Source of the DNA: Chiloscyllium plagiosum
Taxonomy: Eukaryota
Length of the DNA stretch: 64,000 nucleotides
Direction of reading: 5' to 3'
NCBI RefSeq assembly: GCF_004010195.1
Contig: NC_057720.1
Location: 15,454,430 to 15,518,429, forward strand
The notes beneath the pieces are model-generated. The model was not told where the DNA came from and ran no database searches. It was given only the letters and a program-made list of their open reading frames with translations. Shown here in pieces: positions 1 through 13,225 of the stretch. Position 1 is the first letter of the stretch. Each line of letters opens with the position of its first letter. Made by a program: the position numbers and the translations under genes.

Positions 1-530
1 ACCCATCTATCTGCCCTCTTTGGAGTTACTACTTCCCTATAACTCTGATCTATGGCCCCCTCTGCCTCCCGAATGATCCGAAGTTCATCCAACTCCAGCT
101 CCAGTTCCCTAACACGGTCTTGGAGGAGCTGGAGATGGGTGCACTTCCTGCAAGTGTAATCGGCAGGGACGTCGATGGCATCCCTCACCTCATACATGTT
201 GCAGGAGGAACATTGCACTGCCTTCACTGCCATCCCTCTAAAGCTAACTGTTTAAACAAAAACTGTGTCTAAATAATACAAGCAAAATTCAGCACTTACC
301 TGCTTGCCACAACAGGTGTTATTATTAGGTTAGAGGAGGAGGGCGGGTGGGAGGCACTACCCGTGTAGTGCCTCGGGTTCCTCTCCTTCACGCTTTTAAA
401 GGGGGAAAAAAACTAACCCAGCTAAGCTTCCACTAACTGCTTCCGGGTCTCGGCTGCCCCTCTGCTTGCCGTCACTTCCTCTGCTGCTCCCGCTCTTTCT
501 GTGAAGGAGAGAGAAAACAAAACACCTTAA
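1..530 (-). mobile_element. CR1-type LINE 5' end (5'UTR + ORF1 N-terminus), continues out of window
   Basis: Minus strand from ATG at 233 reads MAVKAVQCSSCNMYEVRDAIDVPADYTCRKCTHLQLLQDRVRELELELDELRIIREAE: CxxC..CxxC zinc finger plus coiled coil, homologous to ORF 30129-30359. Confidence 0.8.
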
Positions 531-532
531 CG

Positions 533-1425
533 CCCCTGTCTGTATCAATCGTGCTGAGGTGGAGATAGTCAAGAGCTTCAAGATCCTAGGAGTAACTATC
601 AACAACAATCTAACTTGGTCTATCCATGTTGACTCTGCAGTCGAGCAAGCACATCAACATCTCCACTGCCGTTGTGTCCACAATGACTCATACCAGTTTT
701 ACAGATGCACCATAGAAAGTATTCTATCTGGATTCATCACAGTATGGTATGGCAACTGCTCTACCCAAGAGAAATTACAGAGAGTTGTGTACGCAACCCA
801 GTCTATCACAAAACCTAGCTTTCCATCCATCAACTCCACCTACACTTCTCGCTGCCTTGGGAAAGCGGCCAACATCATCAAAACCCCTGCCTGCCCCAGT
901 TTGACTTTCTTCCACCTCTTCCTTCAGGCAGAAGAGACAAAAGTTTGAAAACACATCTCAACAAATTCAAGAACAGCTTCTTCCCCACGGTTTTCAGATC
1001 TATGAATGGACCTTTCATATATTAGAAGAAAGCGAGGATTGCAGGTGCTGGAGATCACAGTCGAGAGTGTGGTGCTGGAAAAGCACAGTAGGTCAGGCAG
1101 CATCCGAGGAGCAGGGGAATTGATGTTTCGGGAATAAGCCCTTCACCAGGAATTCCTAATGAAGGTCTTATGCCCAAAAAGTCGATTCTCCTGCTCCTCA
1201 GATGCTGCCTGACCTGCTGTGCTTTTCAAGCACCACATTCTCAACTCCCATATATTAGAGTTGATCTTTCTTTGCACCTTCTCTGTAGCTGTAACACTAT
1301 ATTCTACATTCAGTTCTATTAGACTGATGTACTTATGTGAGGTATGATTTGTCAGGATAGCATGCAAAACAACTCTTTTCACTGTATCTCGGTACACGTG
1401 CCAATAATAAATAATAAATCAAATC
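533..1425 (+). mobile_element. Rex1/Babar-like LINE 3' fragment
   Basis: ORF 559-948 has FKILGVTINNNLTWS and FYRCTIESIL..ITVWYGNCS (RT C-terminal region); ends in aataataaataataaatcaaatcaaa tail; interrupted at 1027-1248. Confidence 0.8.
1027..1248. mobile_element. Palindromic Penelope-derived element, family B
   Basis: Two inverted arms centred on caggaattcct (~1150); TSD catatattaga at 1016-1026 and 1249-1259; degenerate hammerhead motif on each arm. Confidence 0.85.
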
Positions 1426-2534
1426 AAAGAAAATACTTAAAGCAAATGCAGTTGTTTTAATGTGCCTGCTATTTTCCCCCTGGGTTGTGCACAGCAGTAT
1501 CCTGGAACGAGATCTTCCATTGCTTGTAGACTCCTGCTCTAATCCTGGAGCATTGGTAACCCTATACATCATAGTGGCCTGCTTTTCAAGGTAGCATGAG
1601 ACTGCAACCTGCTTTCAGCAGAAACATTGCTCTCTCCATTGAGGGCCACCTAATAATGGCAGGGTTATGAAGCAGAGAGCCATTACCCGGTAAAGGGATG
1701 GTTTATGATTCTGATATCATGAATTGAGGCCAACATGGGAGAAATTAGGCACTCTCCCAGTGCTTGTGGGCTTCTGTGAATACTTTTAAGGTGGCGAAAT
1801 AGCATCTGTTGCTCATGCACACACATGAATCAAATTGTACATGATGCCATGTTGATGTTAGGATGAAGAAAAGAAAGAGGAAGTAAGGGGACAACCAAAA
1901 CAGTCTCCTTCTGGTCAGGCTGTCCATGAGGAGCTCATCCAACTGTGATACCGGTAACCAATTGTGTTCTTGCCAGCAATCACATACTTACCTTCACTCT
2001 ACCATTGGCCATTGCAGTGTTCACCGTGTTTGATGAGCCTTTATCCTCCCCTAGATACAGGATAATCTCTCCACCTTTACATTTCCTCCACTAAAACCTC
2101 CAGTGCAACATCCAATGTCTTTGAAACCCATTTCTCAATCTACACTTGGTCAAATTCCCTTCAACCAGCACTCCCCACACCTGCCCTTCTCTCCGTGAAG
2201 AGGGGCACACTATCTGTAGTTTGGGCCAGCTGTATGTAATGCTAGCCACCCACAGTTTTGACTTGCTCCTGATGCATCCCGCCTGTATCACACATCAATG
2301 GAATCAGTGCTGGTTGGATGTATTTACCATGGAAACAAGCAGTCACAAAGTCAGTATGTGGTCTGCCAGGCAAGCAACCATTTTTCATCAAGATCCTGTG
2401 TCTGTGTTCAGGGGCTACCCTCATTAACCTCAGTGTGTTGTGGCCTCAGAAGTTGCCCACTTAATACCTAAATTCTGGGCAGGAGTCCCAGCCGTCTGGG
2501 AAGACGATTGAAGCTGCTTCGTGTTTAAGCCATA

Positions 2535-3800
2535 ATGTGAAGTAGCAGAAATAGACCATTCGGCCCATTGAGTCTGCTCTACCAGTCAATGACATCATGG
2601 CTGATCTAATTGCCCTCCCTCTCCTTTCCCTATCACCTTGGTTCCTTTCCTGATTAAAATTCTGTACATCTCAGCCTGGAGTATACTTAATGACTGCACC
2701 TCCACAGTCCTCTATGGTAAAGAATTCCACAAACTCACACCCCTCAGAGAGGAAAAAAAATCCTCCAATCGCTGTTTAAATTGTGCGATCCCTTATTCTG
2801 AGATTATGCCCTCTGGTCCTGTGCTTGTAAGTAACTTGCATGCTTTAATAAGGTCACCTTTCATTTTTCAAAATGCCATGGGCTGACTAGTACCCTGTAT
2901 AGTTTTGCCAAGACTTCTTTATTTTTATATTTGTTTCCCTTTGAAGTAAAGGCCAACATTCCATTTGCCTTCCTAATTCCCCACTGAACTTGGATGATAG
3001 CTTTTTTGGGATTCACGGATTCAAATCACTTTGCCCTATAGCTTTCTGCCGTCTTTATCTATCTAAACAATATACAGCTCTTCTAATCTTCCAGGCAAAG
3101 TTATAAATCACACAACACCAGGTTATAGTCCAACAGGTTTATCTGGAAGTACTAGCTGTCAGAGCACTGCTCCTTCATCAGGTGGCCAGTGTGGCAGGAT
3201 CATAGGACACAGGATTCATACCAAAAGATCATAGTGTCATACAACTGATGTAATATATTGAACAAACCTAGATTGCTGTTAAGTCTTTCATCTTTTAGAT
3301 TCATTAATATGTAAATCCCAGAACTTCTTTCAAGTCACATTCCTGAGAGAACTTAAGGTTTTATTTTAAAAAAAGTTTTATAAAAGAAGCTGAAAAACTT
3401 AACAGCAATCTAGGTTTGGGCAATACATCGCACAACTACCTGATGAAGGACACTACTCTGACAGCTAGTGCTTCCAAATAAACCTGTTGGACTATAACCT
3501 GGTGATGTGTGATTTTTAACTTTGTCTCTCCAGTTCAGCACTGGCAACTCTACATCATGGCTTCCAGGCAAAGTGCATAACCCTTATATGTACCCACATT
3601 GCATCCTATTTGTTAAGTTTTTGCCCATTTGCTTGATCTGTCTATATTCCCTTTATATAGATTCTTTGTGTCCTCATTTATTTACCTTCTCACCTGTTTT
3701 TGTGTTATCTGCTATAGTGTAGTATTGGCTATAGTACATTCACTTTCCTCATCCAATTCATTGATACATATTGTAAATAATTGTGGCCCCATCACAGATA
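2535..3800 (-). mobile_element. Old CR1-type LINE 3' fragment
   Basis: Reverse-complemented CR1-like tail (gaccattcggcccattgagtctgctct...atcatggctgatct) and degenerate RT C-terminal sequence; split by the 3102-3560 insertion. Confidence 0.65.
3102..3560. mobile_element. Palindromic Penelope-derived element, family A
   Basis: Arms aaatcacacaacaccaggttatagtccaacagg... and ...cctgttggactataacctggtgatgtgtgattttt; TSD cttccaggcaaagt at 3088-3101 and 3561-3574. Confidence 0.88.
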
Positions 3801-4249
3801 TCATGGCTGTTGGAAGGTGAGGTGGTGAACAGGCTGTGACACTTGACTAGATAAGGGTTGCCATCCTGCAAATAACAGCACCCCCCCCACCCCCATCCCA
3901 ATTGTCCGCCTTCCATTATTCCACATTGGATCCTCACCCCAAATTATCTGAGCTGCAATGGATTCCAATCCAGGAAAAGACCTGAAGGAACGAATTCAAG
4001 GTCTGCCCAAACTGGCCATTGAGTCAGTGCAAGATGGTGGCTTCTAGCCATCTTTGAATGCCACAGACTCATTGTTGAACCTTGTTGATTGCCAAGCAGG
4101 AGGGTTGTGGGTTTGCAGTGAGAGATTTTCCATCTCCTTTATCAAGCTGACTGACAGAATATGCTGGCAGTGACTTAGGCTTTTCCATGGCACAAGAAAA
4201 GGAGCTGCATTTCCCAAATCAACAACAACAGATAAGTATGAGATGTGTT

Positions 4250-6068
4250 TTGTAAAGGTTAATCAGGGCAGGACTTACACACTTAATGGTAAGATCCTGG
4301 GGCCTATTGCTGAACAAAGAGATCTTGGGGTGCAGGTGAATAGTTCCTTAACAGGTTTTGAGAAGATTTGTAGCTCAGGTTGAGGTTTTGGATGTAGGTT
4401 TGCTCGCTGAGCTGGAAGGTTCATTTCCAGACGTTTCATCACCCTACTAGGTAACATCTTCAATGGGCCTCAGGCGACGCACTGTTGAAAATTCTTGCTT
4501 TCTATTTATATGTTTGGGTTTCTTTTGGTTGGTGATGTTATTTCCTGTGGTGAACTCACTTCCTGTTCCTTTTCTCAGGGGATGGCAGATGGGGTCTAAC
4601 TCAATGTGTTTGTTGATAGAGTTCGGAATGCCATGCTTCTAGGAATTTTCGTGTGTGTCTTTGTTTGGCTTGTCCTAGGATGGATGTGTTGTCCCAGTCG
4701 AAGTGGTGTCCTTGAGGATACTAGTGAGAGAGGGTCATGTCTTTTTGTGGCTAGTTGGTGTTCATGTATCCTGGTGACAAAACATGTCCAGAAACCCTAG
4801 CCACTCTCCCCTACATCAAAGACATCTTGGAAATGACTGCCAGACTACTCAGACCCCTTGGCATCATGGTAGCCCACAAACCCACCACTAAAAGCAACTT
4901 GAACTTGAAAGACCTATGCAGATAACAAGCAAAACTAATGTCATTTACAAAATATAGTGCAAGGACTGTAACATTGGACAACCAGGCAGAAACTAGCCAT
5001 CAGGGTACATGAACACCAACTAGCCACAAAAAGACATGACCCTCGCTCACTAGTATCCTCACATACGGATGAGGAAGGACACCACTTCGACTGGGACAAC
5101 ACATCCATCCTAGGACAAGCCAAACAAAGACATGCACGAGAATTCCTAGAAGCATTGCATTCCAAATGGACTTCTATCAATAAACACATCGAGTTAAACC
5201 CCATCTACCACCCCCTGTGAAAAAGGAACAGGAAGTGACTTCACCACGAGAAATAACATCACCACAGAAAATAACATCACCCACCCAAAGAAACTCAAAC
5301 ATATAAATAGAAAGCAAGAATTTTCAACAGCACGTCGCCTGAGGCCCACCAAAGATGTTACCTAGTAGGGTGACGAAACGTCTGGAAATGAACCTTCAAG
5401 CTCAGCGAGCAAACCTACATCCAATAGTTCCTTAAGGATGAAGTTGCAAGTAGACAGGGCGGTGAAGAAGGCCTTTGTTGCACTTGTCATTATTGGTCAG
5501 TGCATTGAGTATGGGAGTTGAGAGTTCATGTTGTGGCTGTACAGGACATTGGTGAGGCTACTTTTGGAATACTGCATTCAATTCTGGCCACCCTTCTATG
5601 GGAAGGATGGTGTGAAAAGATTTACAAGGGTGTTGCTAGGGTTGGGGGGTTTAAGCCGTAGGGAGAGACTGAATCGGCTGGGGCTGTTTTCCCTGGAGCG
5701 TCGGAGGCTGAGGGGTGACTTTATATACAGGTGTATAAAATCATGAAGGGCATGGATAGCATGAATAACCCTGGTCTTTTTCCCAGGGTAGGGGAATCCG
5801 AAACTAGAGGGCATAAGTTTAAGGTGAGAGGGTAAAGATTTAAAAGGGAATTAAGGGGCAACATTTTCACACAGAGGGTGGTGTGTGTTTGGAATGAACT
5901 GCCAGATGAAGTGTTAAAGGCATCTGGATGGGTATATGATTAGGAAGGGTTTAAACGGATATGGACCAAATACTGGCAAATGGGATTAGATTAATTTAGG
6001 ATATCTGGTTGGCATGGACCAGTTGGAGCGAAGGGTCTGTCTCTGTGTTTTACATCTCTATGACTCTA
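4250..6068 (+). mobile_element. CR1/HER1-type LINE 3' fragment split by a Penelope-like element
   Basis: LYRTLVR..LEYCIQFW and RRLRGD motifs (ORF 5528-5746); tail catctctatgactcta; 4250-4351 rejoins at 5423. Confidence 0.9.
4352..5422. mobile_element. Penelope-like element (Poseidon-type GIY-YIG fragment) with inverted arms, family C
   Basis: Plus arm ~4776-5422 encodes degenerate IGQ.GRKLAIRVHEHQLATKRHD..HHFDWDNTSILGQAKQRHAREFLEA; minus arm 4352-4775 repeats the same 3' end; TSD aatagttccttaa at 4339-4351 and 5423-5435. Confidence 0.9.
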
Positions 6069-6222
6069 ACAGCAGCTTGTATTAATATACTGTAGAACCC
6101 TGAAAACATCCCAAGGTGCTTCACAACAGGGTGTTATCAACCAGAATTTAACACCAAAGCCAATGTGGCAAGATATCAGGGTCAGTGACCGAAGGTTTGG
6201 TCACAGAGATATGTCTTTGAGG
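6069..6222 (-). mobile_element. L2-like LINE 3' tail remnant
   Basis: acagcagcttgtatt...aaaacatcccaaggtgcttcac; similar tails at ~8215, 10735, 14270, 44125 (-) and 38400-38690 (+). Confidence 0.5.
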
Positions 6223-6224
6223 AA

Positions 6225-6410
6225 AAACTCAGGGAATGCTGGAGAAACTCAGCTGGTCTGGCAACATCTGAAGAAATTCTGAAGAAGGGTCATACCAAAT
6301 TTGAGATGTTAACCTTGCTTTCCTCTATCCAGATGCTGTCAGACCTGCTGAGTTTCCCTAGTATTCTCTATGTTTATTTCAGATTTCCTGTATCCCCAGT
6401 ATTTTGCCAT
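6225..6410. mobile_element. Degenerate palindromic Penelope-derived element, family D
   Basis: gctggagaaactcagctggtctggcaacatctg / cagatgctgtcagacctgctgagtttcc inverted pair; ctgaagaagggtca remnant. Confidence 0.65.
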
Positions 6411-6414
6411 TATT

Positions 6415-6965
6415 TTGGGTCTGGAGTCACATGGAGGCCAGACCAGGTAAGGACAGCAATTTCCTTCCCTAAAGGGCACTAATAAACCAGATTGTTTTTT
6501 CCCCTGACAATCGGCAAGAGATTCATGGTCATCATTAGATTTCTAATTCAAGACATTTATTGAATCCAATTTCCACCCTCTGCCGTAATGAGATTTGATT
6601 AGATTCCCTACAATATGGAAACAGGCCCTTTAGCCCAACAAGTCCACACCAACCCTCCAAAGAGTAACCCACCCAGACCCATTCCCCTACCCTATATTTA
6701 CCACTGACTAATGCACCTAACACAATGGGTAATTGAGCACGGCTAATTCACCTAATCTGCACATCTTTGGACTGGGGGAGGAAACCCATACAGACACAGG
6801 GAGAATGTGCAAACACATTCAGTCACCCGAGGTGGGACTCGAACCTGTGTCCCTAGCACTGTGATGCAGCAGTGCTAACCACCAAGGTCACCCCAGGTCA
6901 CCAGAATATTAGCTGGGTCTCTGGGTTAACCATCGCGAGGTAATACCGCTGGGCCATCACCTGCC
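6415..6965 (-). mobile_element. Old tRNA-headed SINE (second family), interrupted by HE1
   Basis: gggtctggagtcacat...tttccttccctaaagg...aaccaga; same family at 19995-20325, 54540-54730 and 63025-63245. Confidence 0.7.
6596..6885 (-). mobile_element. HE1-type SINE
   Basis: gattagattccctaca..ggaaacaggccct tail; gcagcagtgctaaccac tRNA-like head. Confidence 0.9.
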
Positions 6966-7714
6966 CAGGTTGTTCAGGTACAGAACCTGGAGGCCGAGTG
7001 CACAGGAGTTTTCAAGAATAAAGTGGGGTGTTGTAATTCTCTTCAATCTGCTTGCATTCCCATTTGTGTGTCTATCCTACTCTCATACTGATTACACTGT
7101 TTCTCACATTCATTCTTTTGACAGAGGCATTAAGTTTATTTTAAAAGGAATGACACCTCTGTTAAGCAAGCGAACAGAGGAAATGCCGCAGGAACATAAT
7201 AAGTGTTCGCACGCTGTCACCAACTGTAATGCCTGGGCTTCTATTTTCTGTTTTCGTCCCCCCTCATACTCCTCATGACATTCATCATTATAGCTTTATA
7301 AGAAAAGAGATTCTGCTAAATCCAGGATGATGAAAAACATGTTCAGATACAGCTACATAATACTCACAGGGTATAAAATGAAACCATTATCAATTATAAT
7401 TTAAATGAGACTGGAGATCTTGTCGTTTCCAAGGGTTACATGGTAGCTTTCTACTGTGACACGTACTGTCTTTGAACAAGAAAATGAAGCAGTGTGGAAA
7501 CTGGGACTTTCATCTCTGTTGCTGCGATCAAACAAGATTCCTCCATGATTAGCTTTTATTGTAGGTGATGGGAAAGTGCATACATTATCATACTGTGTTC
7601 AGTAGGTTACTAAATGCTATGAACATGGGCAATCCTGTGGTAGTATAACCTGCACATTATAAAATGCCGGGCTATCACTTTGAAAATACTTTGTATTCCA
7701 CAACAGCAGCATAT

Positions 7715-8207
7715 ATTTTCGAGTTGTCCTACTGATCACCCTACTATAGAAAGGATATTATTAGACTAGAAAGAGTGCAGAAAGGATTTACTGGGAAGCT
7801 ATCTGGACTGGAAAGTTTGTGTTTTAAGAAGAGGCTGGATTGGATAGGGTGTTTTCCTGCTGGTACACAGGAGACTGAGGGGAGACATTCTCGAGGTCTA
7901 TAAAATCATGAGAGGCGTAGATGAGGTAGATAGGTTTAAGACAAGCAGGGAGAGATACAAAAGGTCCAGATGAGCTATATTTTCACCCAGAGGGGATTGA
8001 GTGTCTGGAACAGGCTGCCAGAGGTAGTGGTGGAAACGAATACAATTTTGTCACATAAGAAACATTTAGACCAATACATGGATGGGATAAGGATGGGGGG
8101 ATATGGACCAAAATCAGGAAAATGGGGCATGTTTAACTGTGAAAACTGGCTGGTATGGACAGGCTGGGATGAAGGGCCTGTTTCCAAGTTGTAGACCCCC
8201 ATGACTC
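7715..8207 (+). mobile_element. CR1-type LINE 3' fragment
   Basis: LERVQK-like start, FTQR..VWN.LP motif (ORF 7970-8194), atgactct tail. Confidence 0.85.
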
Positions 8208-8435
8208 TGTGTCCAGAGGAGCATTGTAACACAAAGTACAATTGCCAGCCCAGTTGGGAGATATTTGGTCAGATGATCAGAAGCCTTGTCAGAGAGGTAG
8301 GTTTTAACAAGTGTCTGAAAGAAGGTTCTGAGGTAGAGATGTGTGAGGAGGGGAATACCAGTATTGGTTGTGGGGGAGGGGAGTGGTGGCTAGGCTCAAA
8401 GTCAGATATCATGGTGAAATGATTAAAATTGGGAA

Positions 8436-9367
8436 GGTGTGTGTGTGTGAGCATGCGTGTGTGTGAGATAGAGAGTGTGAGAGAGAGTGTGTGTGTTTGT
8501 GTGTGTCTGGATGTGAGGGAGGGAGTGTGTGTGTGAGATAGAGAGACAGAGTGNNNNNNNNNNNNNNNNNNNNNNNNNNNNNNNNNNNNNNNNNNNNNNN
8601 NNNNNNNNNNNNNNNNNNNNNNNNNNNNNNNNNNNNNNNNNNNNNNNNNNNNNNNNNNNNNNNNNNNNNNNNNNNNNNNNNNNNNNNNNNNNNNNNNNNN
8701 NNNNNNNNNNNNNNNNNNNNNNNNNNNNNNNNNNNNNNNNNNNNNNNNNNNNNNNNNNNNNNNNNNNNNNNNNNNNNNNNNNNNNNNNNNNNNNNNNNNN
8801 NNNNNNNNNNNNNNNNNNNNNNNNNNNNNNNNNNNNNNNNNNNNNNNNNNNNNNNNNNNNNNNNNNNNNNNNNNNNNNNNNNNNNNNNNNNNNNNNNNNN
8901 NNNNNNNNNNNNNNNNNNNNNNNNNNNNNNNNNNNNNNNNNNNNNNNNNNNNNNNNNNNNNNNNNNNNNNNNNNNNNNNNNNNNNNNNNNNNNNNNNNNN
9001 NNNNNNNNNNNNNNNNNNNNNNNNNNNNNNNNNNNNNNNNNNNNNNNNNNNNNNNNNNNNNNNNNNNNNNNNNNNNNNNNNNNNNNNNNNNNNNNNNNNN
9101 NNNNNNNNNNNNNNNNNNNNNNNNNNNNNNNNNNNNNNNNNNNNNNNNNNNNNNNNNNNNNNNNNNGTGTGTGTGTGTGAGAGAGAGAGACACTGTGTGT
9201 GTGTGAGAGAGAGAGAGAGACACTGTGTGTGTCTGTGTATGTGTGTGAGAGAGAGAGAGTGCGTGTGTGTGTGTATGTGTGTGTGAGAGTGTGTGTGTGA
9301 GAGTGTGTGTGTGTGTGTGAGAGAGAGCGAGTGTGTGTCTGTGTATGTGTGTGAGAGAGAGAGCGAG

Positions 9368-9400
<33 letters not shown>
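8436..9400. repeat. (TG)n/(AG)n compound microsatellite spanning an assembly gap
   Basis: TG/GA runs at 8436-8553 and 9167-9400; N at 8554-9166. Confidence 0.95.
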
Positions 9401-9402
<2 letters not shown>

Positions 9403-9454
9403 TTTGCTGGCAATGTGGAAATCATGGGATGGTGAATATTGCCCTTCATTTCAT

Positions 9455-10475
9455 ACTCATACAGCACAGAAACTGACTATTCAGCCCAACTTGTCCACAC
9501 CAGCTGATCCAACCTGATCTAGTCCCATTTGTCAGCACTTGGCTTATATTCCTCTAAAACCTTCCTATTCATATACCCATCCAGATGTCTTTTAAATGTT
9601 GTGATTGTACCAGCAAGCACCACTTCCTCTGGCAGCTCATTCCATACACGCACCACTCTCTGTGTGAAAACATTAACCCTCAGGTCCTTTTTAAGTCTTT
9701 CCCCTCTCGCTTTGAACATATGCCCTCTAGTTTTGGAACCCCCCCCCCCCCGGGGAAAAGACTTGGGCTATCCACCCTATCCATGCACCTAATGATTTTA
9801 TAAACCTCTATTAGATTATCCCTCAGCCTCTGACGTTCCAGGGAAAACAGCCCCAGCCTATTCAGCATCTCCCTATAGCTCAAACCCTCCAAGCCTGGTA
9901 ACAGCTTTGTAAACGTTTTCTGCACCCTTTCAAAGTTCACAACATCTTTCCTATAGAAGAGTGATGAGAATTGAGTGCAGTATTCCAAACATGGCCTCGC
10001 CATTGTCCTATACAGCTGCCACATGACCTCCCAACTCCTATACTTAATGCATTGACCAATACAGGCCAGTGTACTAAATGCTTCTTCCTCACCTTGTCTA
10101 TATGTGACTTCACTTTCAAGGTACTAGGTCTCTCTGTTTAGCAACTCTCCCCAGAGCCCAACCATTAACTGTATGAGTCGAGCCCCGGTTTGCCTTGTAA
10201 CACCTCACATTTATATAAGTTAAGTGCCACCTTTCACTCCTCGCACCACTGGCTCCTCTGATCAAGATCCTATTGTATCCTGAGATAATCTTCACTGTCC
10301 ACTATACCACCTATTTTGGTGTAATCTGCAAATTTACTAACCATTCCTCTTATATTCACATTCAAATCATTTATGCAAATGATGAAAAGCAATGGACCCA
10401 GCATTGATTTCTTGTGGCACACCACTGGCCACAGGTCTCCAGTCCCAAAAGCAACTCTCCACCACCATCTTCTCT
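9455..10475 (-). mobile_element. CR1/HER1-type LINE RT-3' fragment
   Basis: ORFs 9680-10024 and 9519-9719: LYRTMARPCLEYCTQF, FTQRVVRVWNELPEEVV. Confidence 0.92.
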
Positions 10476-10734
10476 CATTCTTAAAATGTACTTACTCTCC
10501 ACCTCACATGCAGCCTCTGGCCAGGTATATGAAAGGTATCAGCCCTGGGCAGGTCCTTGCAGGAGGCATGTGATTAAAGTGATTCTCCTGCTAGCTTTTG
10601 TAAATTCATTCTAAGCGCAACACGGAAATCCTGGGTCTCCTTACGGCATTTCACCTTCTCTACCAAGTGAAGAATTTTAATAGAAGAGGCTATTCAGCTG
10701 TATATCACGCCCTCCATTCAAAACATCTCACACT

Positions 10735-11720
10735 TCTATACATTGTCAACAAAGAAAGCCTCCCATTGTACTTCACAAGAGGCTTTAGACTGAACCACAT
10801 TAGACACTAGGATCAGATACCCAGTTAAAGGAGGTAAGTTTTAAGGAGCATCTTGGAGAAAAAGAGTGAGAATGAGAGGCGGGAGGGGGTGGGGGGGAGG
10901 TTTATGGAAGGAATTCCAAAGCTTTGATCCTGGTGAACTGAAGGTGTGATCATCAATGATAACAGCTAAAGAAGCCAATGATATGGAGGTGTAAGACACT
11001 GGAATTGGATAAATGCTGAATGAAAAGACAGCATCAGGTTAGAGGAAGCTGCAAAGGTATAGAAAGAGATCAACAGGGATACGTATAGAAATATATGTAG
11101 AAATATAGAAATGTTGAGAGAATACACAAAGATACTTACAGAGACACAGAGATATGTATAGAAGTATATGTACATTTATAGAGATACAGAGATATATGTA
11201 GCGATACCTGTATTCAAATATATCTATCCACTCAGAAATATGTGTAAGAATACAGAAATAGATAGAGAGACACAGTTATACATATAGAGACATAAAGATA
11301 TATGCCGAGCTTTATATGGATATATTTATAGAGATTATACAGAAATATATATAGAGATATACAGAGATATGTAGAGATTTAGAGGTACACTTATGCACAC
11401 ACACACGTGCACACACATATATATAGACACAGGTAGATGCAGAAATACAGATATATAGAGATACAGATAAATACACACAGACATGTGTAGAGATATACAC
11501 AGACTGACAGATACATATAGAAGTATATGTTATAAAAGATATACATCTATGGAGATTTTCAGTAATATAAGACTGCATAGAAATTTGAACATAAGGATGA
11601 CAATTTTCAAAGGATGTGTTCCTAGGCTGGGAGCCAGTGAAGGTCAGCAAGCCCAGGGACAACGGGGAATGGGTCAAGATGCAAGTTTGGTGAGGGCCAG
11701 CAGAGTTTTGCTTGGACACT
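10735..11720 (-). mobile_element. Old L2-like LINE fragment containing a low-complexity expansion
   Basis: L2-like 3' sequence on both sides of an AT/AG-rich simple-sequence block at ~11060-11570. Confidence 0.5.
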
Positions 11721-12329
11721 GTTACGTTTGAAAATTGCTGTGCCATGGCTCTCTCACCGTTCACTAATCGCACATGTTGATTGTTCTGCTTTGTTTCACA
11801 CCATTGTAAAATTAACCCCTTGAAAGCTCATAAAATGCTGCATTCTTTATGTGTACACTCATTTGCATAAATCTTTCTGTATAATATTTTAAAACAATTG
11901 TTGAAGAAAATTATCCTGCTTCACCTTCAACAGCAGGACTTGTGTCCATTGTACACCATGAGCATGACAGCAACAACATATAGTGCTTGTGCATCACACC
12001 GTTGCCAAGGGAATGGGACAATCCTTCTCCCAGATTCATGTCTATTAGCTGTCAAGGCAACAAAGAGCCACAACAATCTGGAAAGGTACTGTTGGATGTG
12101 TGTATCCGGTCTGACACGAGAAAATGGAAGTCAGTAACTGACGTTACTAATTGCAGGTAATGAACATACTAAGATTTTGCTGTGAATTCTGGGTCATGGT
12201 GTTAACAACTGGTTCTATAGATCCAAACCAGACCTTGTCCAGTGACTCCACATGGCAAGAGTCATCTTGCAAACTGGTACAAAATTGGACCCGTGGCATT
12301 AACCCAAAGTTTACTCTGATTTGATTTAG

Positions 12330-12670
12330 ACCATAAGACCATATGACATAGAAGTGGAAGCAAGGACATTTGGCCCATCAAGTCCACTCTGCCATTTAAT
12401 CATAGCTGATGGGCGTTTCAATTCCATTTACCCGAACTCTCCCTGTAGCCCTTTATTCCTTGCGAGATCAAGAATTTATCAATCTCTGCCTTGAAGGCAC
12501 CCAACATCCCGGCCTGCACTGTTCTCCGTGGCAATGAATTCCACAGGCCCACCACTCTCTGGCTGAAGAAATGTCTCCTCATTTCGGTATTAAAAATTGA
12601 CCCCCTCTAATTCTATTGCTATGCCTAACGGAAACAACTTCCCAACATCCACCCTTTCTAAGCCATGCAT
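12330..12670 (-). mobile_element. CR1-type LINE 3' end
   Basis: accataagaccatatga tail repeats; ggcaatgaattccacaggcccaccactctctggctgaagaa is the reverse complement of FFSQRVVGLWNSLP. Confidence 0.8.
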
Positions 12671-12684
12671 TATCTTGTAAAAAG

Positions 12685-13100
12685 ATTTGATTCATTGTTG
12701 TCACATGCACCTAAGTACAGTGGAAAGTTTTGTTTTGGGTGCACTATAGGCAGATCATACATACAGGGACATACAGATCATCAGGTGATTGAACAGAATG
12801 AGGTACACAAAGTTACAGCTGCTCAGAACGTCTACAAATGCAAGATCAACATTAGATTTGAAATTTGAGATGTTCACTCAGAAGTCTAATAACAGCGGAG
12901 AAGAAGCTGTTCTTGAGCTTTTGGTATGTGCGTTTAAGCATTTGTACCTTCTGCCTGAGGGAAGAGGTTGGAAGAGATTATAACCTGGGAGGGCGGGGTC
13001 TTTGAAGATGTTGGTTGTCTTTCCGCAACAACAAGAAGTATAAATGGAGATGCTGGATGGGAGGTTGGCTTGTGTGATGGTCTGGGCTGTGTTCACAACT
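12685..13100 (-). mobile_element. Rex1/Babar-like LINE 3' fragment
   Basis: ORF 12878-13096 LFQPLPSGRRY; homologous to 533-1425 and 52400-52880. Confidence 0.8.
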
Positions 13101-13137
13101 TGCCGTGCCTGATGGTCATAACTGTTGCTTGATGTCT

Positions 13138-13225
13138 GAGTCCTGAAGAAGGATTACACCCGGCTTCGCCACCTCCTGACGCTGCCAGGCTTGTTGTGTT
13201 CTTCCAGTCTCCTGCTTGTTTACGA
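13138..13225 (+). mobile_element. Short Penelope-derived end (family B'), internally deleted
   Basis: agtcctgaagaaggattacaccc...ccacctcctgacgctgcc matches the termini of the 44384-45866 element. Confidence 0.7.

Noticed and set aside
2146..2430. Faint Harbinger-like motifs (PG.., GYP)
   Set aside because: Too degenerate to support without a profile search.
8409..9517. Long ORFs around 8.4-9.5 kb (and N-spanning ORFs at 28.4-29.3 kb)
   Set aside because: Artefacts of N-gaps and TG/AG microsatellite.
11060..11570. 153-aa ORF over AT/AG-rich DNA
   Set aside because: Low-complexity simple-sequence expansion.
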